A stretch of DNA of 56,691 nucleotides from Bacteroidota bacterium (GCA_021783875.1 JAJXTM010000001.1:1-56691), one strand, 5' to 3'. Shown: positions 40,203 through 50,688, counted from the first letter of the stretch. Made by a program: numbers and translations. The notes: generated by a model from the letters alone, not told the origin.

Positions 40203-41044
40203 TAATAAACTAAGCTATACTTTGCCCAGACGCCTACAGCAATGCCCACTTTTTCTATATTTGAAACTTTAATATTTTTTTGATAAACATTGTAATTTGC
40301 AATCACAATTTTCTCTAGAATTTTGTGATAAATGTGCTGCATAGCTCTAGCGGCAAACATTGAATATTTATCATCTAAATTCAAAGCCTCGGTAGCAAGT
40401 TTAAAATATTTTTCAGCTCGAGCCACCTGATATTGCATTAAGGATTTAAAATTTTCATTATAAGTTTGGTTTAAGAATTCTTTTTCGGGATAATTATATT
40501 TTTCCAAATCTTCTTGAGGTAGATAAATACGACCTAATTGAGAATCCTTTTTTACATCACGCAAAATATTTGTTAATTGCAAAGCAATACCAAGATTTAC
40601 TGCAAAGTCTTTAGCAGATTTATGCTTATATCCGAATATTTCAATGCACATCAATCCAACAGTTGAGGCTACCCTATAACAGTATAATTGCAAATCGTCA
40701 AAAGTTAAGTATTTCTTTTTCTGTAGATCCATTTCCATTCCTTTTAATAATTCAAAAAATGGGTCTAATGGAATATTAAATTGATTGATTGTTTTGCCTA
40801 GCTTATTCAAAAGTTGGTAATCCGAGTGACCTTTCAAAGATTTTTCAAGCTCAGTTCTCCATCTATATAATCTTTCGGATTTTAGATCATCTGATTCACT
40901 CTCTACATCAACAATATCATCAGTTTTGCGGCAAAAGGCATAAACAGTATTCATTGCCTCACGTTTTTCAGTCGGGAGTAAATTAAAAGCATAATAAAAA
41001 CTACTTCTGCTTTTTTTTGCTATTTCTTTTGCAGTTTCAATCAT
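40202..41044 (-). CDS. hpnD: Presqualene diphosphate synthase (squalene/phytoene synthase family)
   Basis: Asp-rich motifs FCRKTDDIVD and LTNILRDVKKD. 280 aa. Overlaps both neighbours. Confidence 0.75.
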   Translation of the reverse strand: MIETAKEIAKKSRSSFYYAFNLLPTEKREAMNTVYAFCRKTDDIVDVESESDDLKSERLYRWRTELEKSLKGHSDYQLLNKLGKTINQFNIPLDPFFELLKGMEMDLQKKKYLTFDDLQLYCYRVASTVGLMCIEIFGYKHKSAKDFAVNLGIALQLTNILRDVKKDSQLGRIYLPQEDLEKYNYPEKEFLNQTYNENFKSLMQYQVARAEKYFKLATEALNLDDKYSMFAARAMQHIYHKILEKIVIANYNVYQKNIKVSNIEKVGIAVGVWAKYSLVY

Positions 41045-41889
41045 TTAATGTTTATAAACGTTTTTACTAAAATATTCCAGAGTTCTTTCTTTGAGATTGA
41101 AGGACGATAATTTAAGACATCATAATTATTCTGTCGAATTTTTTCCAAGATAATTTCACCTCCGCCGACTGTCCAACTAATTTCAAATTTCAATCTGCCT
41201 TTTAAATATTTAAACAAATTTTTACCGGTAATATATAAATCAGCAGTTTTATCAACATTTTGCTTAACTAATTGCCTTAATTTAAAATTATTTTCGTTTA
41301 ACTCAAACATTTTTTCAGAAATGTTTAATTTTTCCATATCCTCAAGAGGGTAATAAATTCGCCCTTTAATAAAATCGACTCGAGTATCCTGCCAAAAATT
41401 AGTTAATTGTAGAGCAGTACAGATTGCATCTGAATATCTTTGTGCCTCTTCACTTTGAATATTAAAAACTTCAAGAATCAATCTGCCGACCGGATTAGCC
41501 GAGTTTTCGCAATATTCTAAGAGCTCGTTAAAATTTTTATATCTTGTTTTAGTGATATCCTGACGAAAAGCCTTCAACAAATTATAAAAATTAATTGTGG
41601 AAAGTTTTAATTCATTTATAGTTGAATACAATGCAAATTCAAAATGGTTTGAATATTTATTATTTAATAATTCATCAAGTCGATATTTCAATTCATCTAT
41701 TTTTTGTAATCTTTCTGAAGCATTAAGTTCACCCTCATCTGCAATATCATCAGCAGTTCTAGCAAACCAATAAATAATTGCTATATGTTTTCTTAATTCT
41801 TTACGGATTAAAAATGAGATCACCGGAAAATTTTCATAATGATTTTTAGCAAATATAATTGCATCGTTATAAGCCACATCAATATTCAT
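41041..41889 (-). CDS. hpnC: Hydroxysqualene synthase (squalene/phytoene synthase family)
   Basis: FARTADDIADEG and LTNFWQDTRVD (HpnC-type FWQD second motif). 282 aa. First gene of the triad. Confidence 0.75.
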   Translation of the reverse strand: MNIDVAYNDAIIFAKNHYENFPVISFLIRKELRKHIAIIYWFARTADDIADEGELNASERLQKIDELKYRLDELLNNKYSNHFEFALYSTINELKLSTINFYNLLKAFRQDITKTRYKNFNELLEYCENSANPVGRLILEVFNIQSEEAQRYSDAICTALQLTNFWQDTRVDFIKGRIYYPLEDMEKLNISEKMFELNENNFKLRQLVKQNVDKTADLYITGKNLFKYLKGRLKFEISWTVGGGEIILEKIRQNNYDVLNYRPSISKKELWNILVKTFINIK

Positions 41890-42130
41890 TCACTATTCCA
41901 TATTCATATTATATAGATTCCAATCCAGGCAGAGCATTTTAAATTGATCATTGATAAGTAAGCTTAAAATAATTAAATTTGCGTTGAAATAATAATTAAG
42001 TTTTATAATATTTGAAGTTAAGATGAACAATTTGAAACAATTCCAGCTTCCTTTGATCACTTCATAAATTTAGAATTCTTTATCTAATCAATTCATAATT
42101 AGCAATTTTTAAAATAGACAAAACATTTCA

Positions 42131-43741
42131 ATGATAAATATAAAAGAAATTAATCGGCGGAGAACATTTGCAATTATTTCGCACCCGGATGCCGGGAAAA
42201 CCACATTAACAGAGAAATTTCTTTTATATGGAGGAGCGGTACAGCTTGCCGGTTCGGTAACAGCAAGAAGAAATCAGCGATCATCAACTTCCGACTGGAT
42301 GGAGCTAGAAAAGAAAAGAGGTATTTCTATAAGCTCTACTGTACTGCAATTTGATTACAAAGGATATAAAATTAATTTGCTAGATACACCTGGACATGAG
42401 GACTTCTCAGAGGATACTTATCGCGTTCTAACTGCAGTTGATGCAGTAGTAATGGTTATTGATGCTGCTAAGGGAATTGAAGCCCAAACCAAAAAACTTT
42501 TTGAAGTCTGCCGTAAAAGGTCGATTCCTATTTTTACATTTGTTAATAAATTAGATAGACCGACACTTGATCCCTTAGCTTTAATAGATGAAATTGAAAG
42601 TGTCCTAAAAATAGGGGCTTTCCCAATGAACTATCCATTAGGAACTGGTTTAGATTTCAAAGGAGTTTACGATCGTATCGGAAAAGAAATACACTTATTT
42701 GAAAAAACAACCGGAGGACAATTCATAGCACCAGTATCGGTACATGATGTAACAGATCAAATTGTGAAGGATAAATTAAGCGAGCAAAATTATGCAAGAT
42801 TAATTGAAGAACTTGAAATGTTAGATACTGCCGGTGAGGAATTTAACGCAACTTCGGTCATAGAAGGGAAATTAACTCCGGTTTTCTTCGGAAGCGCTAT
42901 GAACAATTTCGGAGTTCAATTATTATTGGACGGATTTTTAGATTATGCCATTCCCCCTGCCCCGCGAATGAGTTCTATTGGCATTATAAGACCTGAAGAT
43001 GACCAATTCTCGGGATTCATTTTTAAGATACAAGCAAACATGGACCCAAAGCATAGAGACAGGATAGCATTTCTTCGTGTTTGTTCCGGAAAATTTTTGA
43101 GAGATATGCAGGCATTTCATGCTTCATCAGGAAAGAAAATTCGATTATCTAATTCACAAAAGCTTTTTGGGCAAGAAAGAGAAACAATTGATGAAGCATA
43201 TGCAGGAGATATTATCGGTTTTGTCGGGAACTCAAATTTTGGAATTGGAGATACAATTTCTGAAAACCCAGCCATATTATATAAAGAAATCCCAAAATTT
43301 GCACCGGAATATTTTGTTTTCATTCAAAATCCAAATCCGTCCAATTATAAGAAATTCAGAGACGGCCTTGATCAACTTTTACAAGAAGGCGTAATACAGG
43401 CATTTTATTTAAAGAATTCTTTCCAAAAAGTACCGTTACTTGGAGCCGTCGGGCCTCTACAATTCGAAGTTGTACAATATAGATTGCAAGATGAATACGG
43501 AGCTGAATCAAGACTTGAACAAACCAACTGGAAAGTTTTGAGATGGATTTCTCCGAACATTGACTCTACATATTTAGAAAACATCATTTTACCTGCCGGA
43601 GCTGCAATTGCATTTGACGCAAACGAGAGAATGGTTATTTTGCTTACAAGTGAATGGTCGTTAAACTATTTTATCGAAAAGCATCCCAAAATTGATCTGT
43701 CAGATATACCTTTTACAATAGAAACTTTATCTTTGTCATAA
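42131..43741 (+). CDS. prfC: Peptide chain release factor 3 (translational GTPase)
   Basis: AIISHPDAGKTTLTEK (G1), LLDTPGHEDF (G3) and NKLDR (G4). 536 aa. Confidence 0.95.
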   Translation: MINIKEINRRRTFAIISHPDAGKTTLTEKFLLYGGAVQLAGSVTARRNQRSSTSDWMELEKKRGISISSTVLQFDYKGYKINLLDTPGHEDFSEDTYRVLTAVDAVVMVIDAAKGIEAQTKKLFEVCRKRSIPIFTFVNKLDRPTLDPLALIDEIESVLKIGAFPMNYPLGTGLDFKGVYDRIGKEIHLFEKTTGGQFIAPVSVHDVTDQIVKDKLSEQNYARLIEELEMLDTAGEEFNATSVIEGKLTPVFFGSAMNNFGVQLLLDGFLDYAIPPAPRMSSIGIIRPEDDQFSGFIFKIQANMDPKHRDRIAFLRVCSGKFLRDMQAFHASSGKKIRLSNSQKLFGQERETIDEAYAGDIIGFVGNSNFGIGDTISENPAILYKEIPKFAPEYFVFIQNPNPSNYKKFRDGLDQLLQEGVIQAFYLKNSFQKVPLLGAVGPLQFEVVQYRLQDEYGAESRLEQTNWKVLRWISPNIDSTYLENIILPAGAAIAFDANERMVILLTSEWSLNYFIEKHPKIDLSDIPFTIETLSLS

Positions 43742-43976
43742 ACTATTTAACGTTTAGGTTTATTTTTTTAATAAAACTTCATTATTATTTCGATAAAATC
43801 ATTTCTTATAAATTTCAATTAACCACCGTAAATAATGCCCATCAATTCTTAATTAGTGGCATTAAATATGAGATATCTTTCAGTTGCCCTGGTAAATGAT
43901 ATCAAGGATTAAGGAAATTTCATCGTATTGAAACTGCTATAAACAATTTTTTAGTACATTAAAGTTAGGAAAAACA

Positions 43977-46070
43977 ATGAAAAAAATTTTAATACTTTTT
44001 CTTTTCATGTTAATGAAATTATTTGCACAAAACTACCAGCTTGTTTGGTCTGATGAATTTAATAGTTCTTCACTTAATAGTGCAGCTTGGACTTTTGATT
44101 TAGGCAATAATAATGGATGGGGCAATAATGAATTAGAAACTTATACTAATAGCCCCAATAATATCTATATTCAGAATGGCTACCTTTATATTAATGCCAG
44201 AAAAGAAAGTAATGGTTCATACACTTCAGCGAGAATAAAAACGGAAGGATTAAAATCATTTCAATATGGTAAAATAGAAGCAAGAATGAAGCTGCCATAC
44301 GGACAGGGACTATGGCCAGCTTTCTGGATGTTAGGAGATAATATATCATCAGTGGGGTGGCCATCCTGCGGTGAAATTGATATAATGGAAATGATCGGAG
44401 GAGGCAGCGGTAGAGATAATACAGTGCATGGTTCAGCCCACTGGGGAGGTGATTACACTAATGCTTATTCATTAAGTTCCGGAATTCTTGCAGACACATT
44501 TCACGTGTATGATGTAACCTGGACTCCGACCCAAATAGCATGGCATATAGACGGAATTCAGTATGCTCTTCTTAATACGACTCCTTCGGCATTAAATGCA
44601 TTCAGCAAGCCATTTTTTATAATACTTAATCTCGCAGTAGGCGGAAGCTGGCCCGGTAATCCGAACGGAACCACAGTTTTCCCCCAGCAGTTGGTAGTTG
44701 ATTATGTAAGAGTCTACCAAAATACATTGGGTTTACCAAAGATAAATCTAAGCCAACCTTTAAATAATTCTACATTCTCAGCGAACTCGGACATTTTATT
44801 AAACGCAGATGTGCAATACAGCGGAAAAATTTCTAAAGTAGAATTTTTTCAAGGGGCGTTGAAAATTGGAGAATCAGATGTAAGCCCATATCAAATGACC
44901 TGGAGAAATGTCAGCCCCGGGAATTACACTATTTCGGCAACAGCAACAACCGATTCCGGATTTCAATCATCATCAAATATTGACACGATAATAGTGGGAA
45001 GTAGTGTTGAATCTCCTTATTCAGGCAGTCCTGCGAAAATCCCCGGGACTATATACGCAATAAATTATGATTTGGGCGGACCAAATGTCGGTTATTACAA
45101 TACAACCCTAATCAATAACGGAGGTCAATACAGAAATGACGGAGTAGGGATAGAATCCTGTGCTGACAGCGGCGGCGGATATGATGTCGGCTGGATTAAT
45201 CAAAGCGAATGGTTGAAATATTCTGTAAATGTAAAGGACAGCGGGTTATATAATTTTAATTTCAGAGTCTCATCCGGCAGCAGTCAGCCAGGCACATTTC
45301 ATGTCGAAATGGACGGAGTAAATGTCACGGGTTCTATTACAGTACCGTCAACCGGAGGATGGCAGGTATGGGCAACTGTAAGTGTCAATAATATAAAACT
45401 CACTAAAGGGTTTCATATTATGAAAGTTGTATTTGATGGCAGCGGTTTTAATTTTTATAAAATAGATATTATTGAACCCGGATTAACGGGGGCGCTTCAA
45501 ATCATTTCTCCTTCGGGGGGAGAAGTTTGGAATGCCGATTCTATAAAGGAGATAAGATGGGATAGTTATTCAATTTCGGATTTGATTATAGGACTTTCTA
45601 CAAACGGAGGAACGAGTTGGAGCACGATCGCTGCAGATGCTCCGGCTATTTATGGATTTTATCGATTTCAATTGCCTAATATTTCATCTCAGAATTGTTT
45701 TATTAAAATATATAACAAAAATAACTTAGCTATCAACATTCAGAATAGCGTCCCATTTAGCATTGATAACCAAACAGAAATTAAAAATAATTCTTATACT
45801 GTTAAGGATTTCAGATTAAAGCAGAACTATCCGAATCCATTTAACCCCTCAACAAATATTATTTTTTCATTTCCTGAGAGAACATTTGCATCATTAAGTG
45901 TCTATGATATTCTCGGGAAAAGTGTTGCAAATTTGTTCGATGGTTTTGCTGATGCAAACAGGGTTTATGATATTACATTCAACGGGGCAAATTTAAAAAG
46001 CGGAATTTATTTTTATCAGCTTAGAACCAAGAGCGGGATTGAAACGAAGAAAATGATACTTCTGAAGTAA
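43977..46070 (+). CDS. Secreted GH16 beta-glucanase (laminarinase-like) with Ig-like and CBM6-like modules and a T9SS C-terminal sorting domain
   Basis: Signal peptide, GH16 catalytic strand GEIDIMEMIGG (ExDxxE), CBM6-like region (GWINQSEWLKYSV..GGWQVWATV), and a C-terminal NYPNPFNPST...KKMILLK domain. Confidence 0.85.
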   Translation: MKKILILFLFMLMKLFAQNYQLVWSDEFNSSSLNSAAWTFDLGNNNGWGNNELETYTNSPNNIYIQNGYLYINARKESNGSYTSARIKTEGLKSFQYGKIEARMKLPYGQGLWPAFWMLGDNISSVGWPSCGEIDIMEMIGGGSGRDNTVHGSAHWGGDYTNAYSLSSGILADTFHVYDVTWTPTQIAWHIDGIQYALLNTTPSALNAFSKPFFIILNLAVGGSWPGNPNGTTVFPQQLVVDYVRVYQNTLGLPKINLSQPLNNSTFSANSDILLNADVQYSGKISKVEFFQGALKIGESDVSPYQMTWRNVSPGNYTISATATTDSGFQSSSNIDTIIVGSSVESPYSGSPAKIPGTIYAINYDLGGPNVGYYNTTLINNGGQYRNDGVGIESCADSGGGYDVGWINQSEWLKYSVNVKDSGLYNFNFRVSSGSSQPGTFHVEMDGVNVTGSITVPSTGGWQVWATVSVNNIKLTKGFHIMKVVFDGSGFNFYKIDIIEPGLTGALQIISPSGGEVWNADSIKEIRWDSYSISDLIIGLSTNGGTSWSTIAADAPAIYGFYRFQLPNISSQNCFIKIYNKNNLAINIQNSVPFSIDNQTEIKNNSYTVKDFRLKQNYPNPFNPSTNIIFSFPERTFASLSVYDILGKSVANLFDGFADANRVYDITFNGANLKSGIYFYQLRTKSGIETKKMILLK
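45810..46067 (+). other. T9SS C-terminal sorting domain (CTD) of the GH16 protein
   Basis: FRLKQNYPNPFNPSTNIIFSF...SGIYFYQLRTKSGIETKKMILLK. Confidence 0.8.
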
Positions 46071-46193
46071 TCTTATTTAGACTCATCATATAAAACAAAT
46101 CTTATTACGTTTATAAAATATATTTATTTTAATGATTTTTTAATTATAAAATCCCAGGAGTTCATGCTCCAGAGACCATTAGTCCCTTCCACC

Positions 46194-46584
46194 TCAAAAG
46201 TCTTTTGCATTTAATGTCAGGATCTCATCAACTTTTGCTTTCATTGTGCACTCAAAAACTATTACATCATAAATAATTCTACCAAAGAAATTTGGATTAT
46301 ACATTTTATCTACAATTTTAAAAGAATCTTCATCGGTAAGGTAAATGGTTTTTGCTATATTCTTAATGTTATTTTCAATTAACTGTTTTGCAATTATTGG
46401 TGTAATTTTGGGTTTAAATGGAGCGCTAGTTAAACCACTTTAAATCTCCAATATTGTATGGATGAAACAAATAATTGGAATTCCTTGTTATTTGCTTTCA
46501 TAAAGAATGACAATGCAGATTTATGTTTTAGTTGGTGTTCAACAAAAGCAACTATTAATCTTGAAATAACTTAATGAAGTATTC
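46194..46584 (-). pseudogene. Decayed PIN-domain (VapC-like) toxin gene
   Basis: Manual translation gives two minus-strand pieces in different frames. The first is ...LIVAFVEHQLKHKSALSFFMKANNKEFQLFVSSIQYW.. (stop at 46430-46432). The second is ..PIIAKQLIENN...FGRIIYDVIVFECTMKAKVDEILTLNAKDF (stop at 46194-46196). The C-terminus matches the PIN ending (...LxT.N.KDF). There is no start codon, the N-terminal Asp segment is missing, and there is a frameshift near 46430-46440. Confidence 0.4.
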
Positions 46585-46664
46585 TTAAATTCACAACCTA
46601 TTTTTTAGCTGACAGGAGGCGCGCATATTGTTGCACGCCTCATATAAATATTTTTAATGAAAAA

Positions 46665-49600
46665 TTATTTCAACAATATCATCTTTTTAATTGAAGTAAA
46701 ATCACTCGACCTTAATTGATAGAAATATACTCCGCTAGCCAGGTTACCAGCATTAAACGATATTTTATAGTTACCAGGATTTTTCTGTTCATTAACCAAA
46801 GTTTTTACTTCTCTCCCTAATACATCGTAGACTTTTATTGTAACCAGACTTGCTTTGGGAATAGAGTAACTTATTATTGTTGAAGGGTTAAAAGGATTAG
46901 GATAATTTTGTTCAAGTGAAATTGTTTGCGGAATTGAGCTAGATTCTTTCTTTACATCTGTAATTCGACTGCCGATTACAAACCAGACAGGAAAAGTTGC
47001 ATCTACTAAATATGAAATTGGGGTGCCGGTACCTGTAATTAAATCACTTTGAAGCGGCATTTGCTCAAGTACATCATGATTAACTGATGAAATAGACTGA
47101 ACATTATGATAAACGATCGTTTTATCATCGCCCGAATAAGACGGAAATCCGATAGAAATTGTAGATGCCACTACTGCTGATGTTCCGGTATTAAAATCCG
47201 CAGCTAATACTTTAAATGTATTAGTATTTGAATCCCAGTAATCAAAAGTAAAACGATTTTGTGAAGTTTTAGAAAAAGACGGATCTCCAATGCTTATGCC
47301 TTTAGCTTCAGGCGGAAAAACACTTTCCATAAAACCCGTTTTTACATCTAGCATGTTGATATTCCAATAACTTAAAGTATCTCCGGATGCGCCTTTCAAT
47401 TGATTGAAGGTATCAAATAATAAATATTCACCGGTTGGGTCAAAAGACATTGCATCTGCATATAAAGCAGTTTTAGTATTTGCAACATCATAAGATGGTG
47501 TAACTATTTTAAAAGCTGTGCTCGTATTATTAGTAAGGTCAAAATAATATATCGTAGTATCAATATATTTTGTTACTAATGCAAAGCTGCTTAATCCTGG
47601 TCCAAGAGCTACATTCCACCATATTCCGCTGGTATCAATCATAGATTCCTGAGGATTATTAGGGTTAGCATATAATGCTCGTAAATCATTATTTTGATCA
47701 ACAAAAAGAATTAAACCTGATGTATCTGAAACTGCGGGTTTATTTAGTACACGGGTCTGTGTTAATGCTGCGTAATCAGCGCTTGAATTAACGGTAGTTT
47801 TAGCCATATATATTGAATTCGGATCGGCATTATAATTCGTATTTACAGAAAGTATCCAGTTCTGACCAATTACTTGGGAAGTGGGAGGAGGAGCAGTTAC
47901 AGTGCCTTCATAAATACCGACACTATCCCAGGCTTTTTTAACAGCAGTAAGCTCATTACTATTAGATCCAAAAAGATCGGTAGCAGCTTTTTCAGTAGCA
48001 ATTCTTTCATCCAGAAATTGAGATGTATGAGTAAGATAAGAGGTTTCTATTCTATACCAAATTTTACCTGCTGAAGGTCTGCCAATAGATGATGCGACCA
48101 AATAAAAAGCATAATTTGGAATTCCGCTATTTACATGCACTCCACCATTATCCTGCGTTGTATTTACATATTCAGACATTTTAGCAGGCTGCCAATCTGG
48201 ATCACCTGGATTACCGCCGTTATGCGGATTACTCATATCTCTTAAGGCACCTGTGGGAAACGATTGTAGATCTTTTATAACAGTAGCTCCGATTTTCCAA
48301 GAGGTTGTATCTACCAGTTTTCCGAATACATCGGACATAGATTCATTTAGAGCACCCGATTGGTCCTTATATTCCAAATTTGAAGTATGTTGGGTAACAC
48401 CATGAGTCATCTCATGAGCTGCCACGTCAAGTCCTCCAGCAAGAGGTTTGAAGGTAGTTCCTCCGTCTCCATAGCACATCACTGTACCACCCCAGAAAGC
48501 ATTTTCCATTGGTTGCCCATTCTGTGAAACATGAATAACAGAATAAATGGTCATACCGCTGTCATCTATCGAATTCCGGTTTTGCACGGTCCGGTAATAA
48601 TTATAAGTAGTAATAGCATTATAGTTTGCAGAAATCGAAGCGGGATCAGTCCATTGATTATTTGTAGAAGTTACATAGTAAAATTGAGAGCTGCTGGAAA
48701 GATCATTATTCCGAAGGTCCAGACAAACTACTGCACCCAAAGGGTTATTTGGGATTTGCGATTGAGTTGAATTGAACATTGGCTGAGAAGCATCCAGCAT
48801 AAAATAATTTGAACCGACTTGATAGGTTCCGAAAGTTCTCGTAACGCCATTTAAGTCTGTTCCGCTTCCCGTTGCAGCGCCATCGAAGCAAACATTATTA
48901 TATGAGCTTAGAATTGTTCCGTTATCTGCATCAACGAAATAATACCAATCCTGAGATAACCCGGGGCGCAATTCAATAAACCAGGCTAAATGAGGAATTT
49001 CTGTTTTATCATACCAAATAATTTCTCGGGCTGTCGGTCCATGATATTTAAGTAAGTCCTGAGTTTGATTTGAAAATGTTGAAATAGTCATTTTGTTTTT
49101 CAATTCATTCAGAGCAATAGTAACTGCACCAGAAGATGAAATCTTTGCTGAAATATTCTGAATTTGAACCGGTGTCTTTTGGTATCTTCCTGTTAAAGAA
49201 GATAAGATTCCTTGATTATTAAAATGGACATATAAATCACTACCCCAAACTTCTAAGCCTTTGTATACTTGCTGATACCGAACATGAACCATTCCAAGCG
49301 CATCTTTATTTGCACTTTCTAATTTAAATTCATTTGGCGGGTCCGATATTTTCATTAAATTTTTATTGGCAACCATAAAGTTCATAGCCATAGTTTTTGC
49401 ATCGCTTATTGTTTGAATTGAGTTTCCCTTTTGCAATGAAGAAGAATTAGCATCTATCAATCTTGGAGTGCCCGATTCAGCGTCCATTATAATTCGTCTA
49501 ATATTATTATTTAGCGCTAATGCTGACGGTAGTTTTATTTTTGAACCAAAGTTAACAGATAAAGCGGAGTTTATATTTTTATTTGCAGTGTAAATTTTTA

Positions 49601-49805
49601 CTGTTGAAGGAGTCAATCCTATTTTCTTTATAAAACTATTCAATCTTGCAGAAATATTCGAAATATTTGAGCTGGAAGAAACAAGGGATTTATTTCCTGT
49701 TGGAATCCCAGATCTCTTGTTATCTTTATTATTGTTTTGGGAAGCAAATATATTTACGAAAATAAATGCAGCTAAAACAAAGGCACTGTATCTGATTGTT
49801 TTCAT
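46665..49805 (-). CDS. Secreted thermolysin-like (M4) metallopeptidase with a propeptide, a PD40/TolB-like beta-propeller region and a T9SS CTD
   Basis: Signal peptide, VAAHEMTHGV (HExxH), GALNESMSDVFG (third ligand Glu) and GGVHVNSGIPNYAFY (thermolysin His231 region). Downstream PD40-like motifs (MSFDPTGEYLLFD, FPSYSGDDKTIVYH). CTD at the end. 1046 aa. Confidence 0.9.
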   Translation of the reverse strand: MKTIRYSAFVLAAFIFVNIFASQNNNKDNKRSGIPTGNKSLVSSSSNISNISARLNSFIKKIGLTPSTVKIYTANKNINSALSVNFGSKIKLPSALALNNNIRRIIMDAESGTPRLIDANSSSLQKGNSIQTISDAKTMAMNFMVANKNLMKISDPPNEFKLESANKDALGMVHVRYQQVYKGLEVWGSDLYVHFNNQGILSSLTGRYQKTPVQIQNISAKISSSGAVTIALNELKNKMTISTFSNQTQDLLKYHGPTAREIIWYDKTEIPHLAWFIELRPGLSQDWYYFVDADNGTILSSYNNVCFDGAATGSGTDLNGVTRTFGTYQVGSNYFMLDASQPMFNSTQSQIPNNPLGAVVCLDLRNNDLSSSSQFYYVTSTNNQWTDPASISANYNAITTYNYYRTVQNRNSIDDSGMTIYSVIHVSQNGQPMENAFWGGTVMCYGDGGTTFKPLAGGLDVAAHEMTHGVTQHTSNLEYKDQSGALNESMSDVFGKLVDTTSWKIGATVIKDLQSFPTGALRDMSNPHNGGNPGDPDWQPAKMSEYVNTTQDNGGVHVNSGIPNYAFYLVASSIGRPSAGKIWYRIETSYLTHTSQFLDERIATEKAATDLFGSNSNELTAVKKAWDSVGIYEGTVTAPPPTSQVIGQNWILSVNTNYNADPNSIYMAKTTVNSSADYAALTQTRVLNKPAVSDTSGLILFVDQNNDLRALYANPNNPQESMIDTSGIWWNVALGPGLSSFALVTKYIDTTIYYFDLTNNTSTAFKIVTPSYDVANTKTALYADAMSFDPTGEYLLFDTFNQLKGASGDTLSYWNINMLDVKTGFMESVFPPEAKGISIGDPSFSKTSQNRFTFDYWDSNTNTFKVLAADFNTGTSAVVASTISIGFPSYSGDDKTIVYHNVQSISSVNHDVLEQMPLQSDLITGTGTPISYLVDATFPVWFVIGSRITDVKKESSSIPQTISLEQNYPNPFNPSTIISYSIPKASLVTIKVYDVLGREVKTLVNEQKNPGNYKISFNAGNLASGVYFYQLRSSDFTSIKKMILLK
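46668..46922 (-). other. T9SS C-terminal sorting domain (CTD) of the M4 peptidase
   Basis: ISLEQNYPNPFNPSTIISYSI...SGVYFYQLRSSDFTSIKKMILLK. Confidence 0.8.
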
Positions 49806-49819
49806 TTTTATGGATCCTT

Positions 49820-50287
49820 TTATTTTCTAATAGAATTGATTTTTGCTATAAGATCTTTTATTGCATTTGGCATGTTTGAGGGAAGGTCAGAACCATTAAA
49901 AGAAATTTGGTTAAATTGAATATCATGCAATAAAACCAGGTAAGTTGTATAATTTCCGGAATATCTATTTTGATAAGAATATATTTCCGGTTTTTTCATA
50001 AGTTTTATGATTTCCTTCATATTACCACTTGGAATAGAAATACTATCAGTCATTTGCCTTAAAGAGTTTAGGTTGCTTTTCCAATATTTTGCCCACCCTT
50101 CACTTGAAATAGTTATACCATTTTCAACCCCGGTAAAACCTCCGCCGGAATACAGATCTATTCTAAAGTTATAATTTGTTAAAGAGTTATAAGATTGAGA
50201 GCATGAATCAATTGAGAATAAGACCATAGATAATATTATTAAAAGAATTAACTTCCGCATAATTAACCTTTCTAATAGATTCAACAT
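49820..50287 (-). CDS. Small hypothetical lipoprotein encoded 14 nt upstream of the M4 peptidase
   Basis: The likely start is the internal MRKLILLIILSMVLFSIDSC (signal peptide plus Cys). I recognised no motif. Confidence 0.45.
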   Translation of the reverse strand: MLNLLERLIMRKLILLIILSMVLFSIDSCSQSYNSLTNYNFRIDLYSGGGFTGVENGITISSEGWAKYWKSNLNSLRQMTDSISIPSGNMKEIIKLMKKPEIYSYQNRYSGNYTTYLVLLHDIQFNQISFNGSDLPSNMPNAIKDLIAKINSIRK

Positions 50288-50688
50288 TATTTATTCTTTC
50301 CTATAATTTACATTAAAGGAAATATTTTACTTTTCCATTATTAATATTTATATATTTTGTTTCTTTCTCAGGAAATGTGTCAGTAATTTTTCAATCCGAA
50401 TTACCTTTTTGAATCGCTAAATAAGCATATTTAAATGATGAGCGAGCATTGCTGCAGTTACCTATGCGAATCAATTTGAATTATATTTTTCGCATACATC
50501 ATTAATCCAAATAAGCTATACAAATAAATTCTTTACTAAAGTTAAACAATTAGGTTTTAATCTACAAGAAAATTAGTTAAAACAATAAATTGGTATTTAT
50601 TCTGCAAAATAACCCATCAGAGGCAGGGCTACATGCCCATTATAAGCTCCGTCAGTTGGGTAAGCAGAGGTAATACAGTAATATATTG

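Noticed and set aside
45810-46922. Inverted repeat formed by the ends of the GH16 and M4 genes.
   Set aside because: It is explained by both genes encoding homologous T9SS C-terminal domains in convergent orientation. It is not a transposon terminal repeat.
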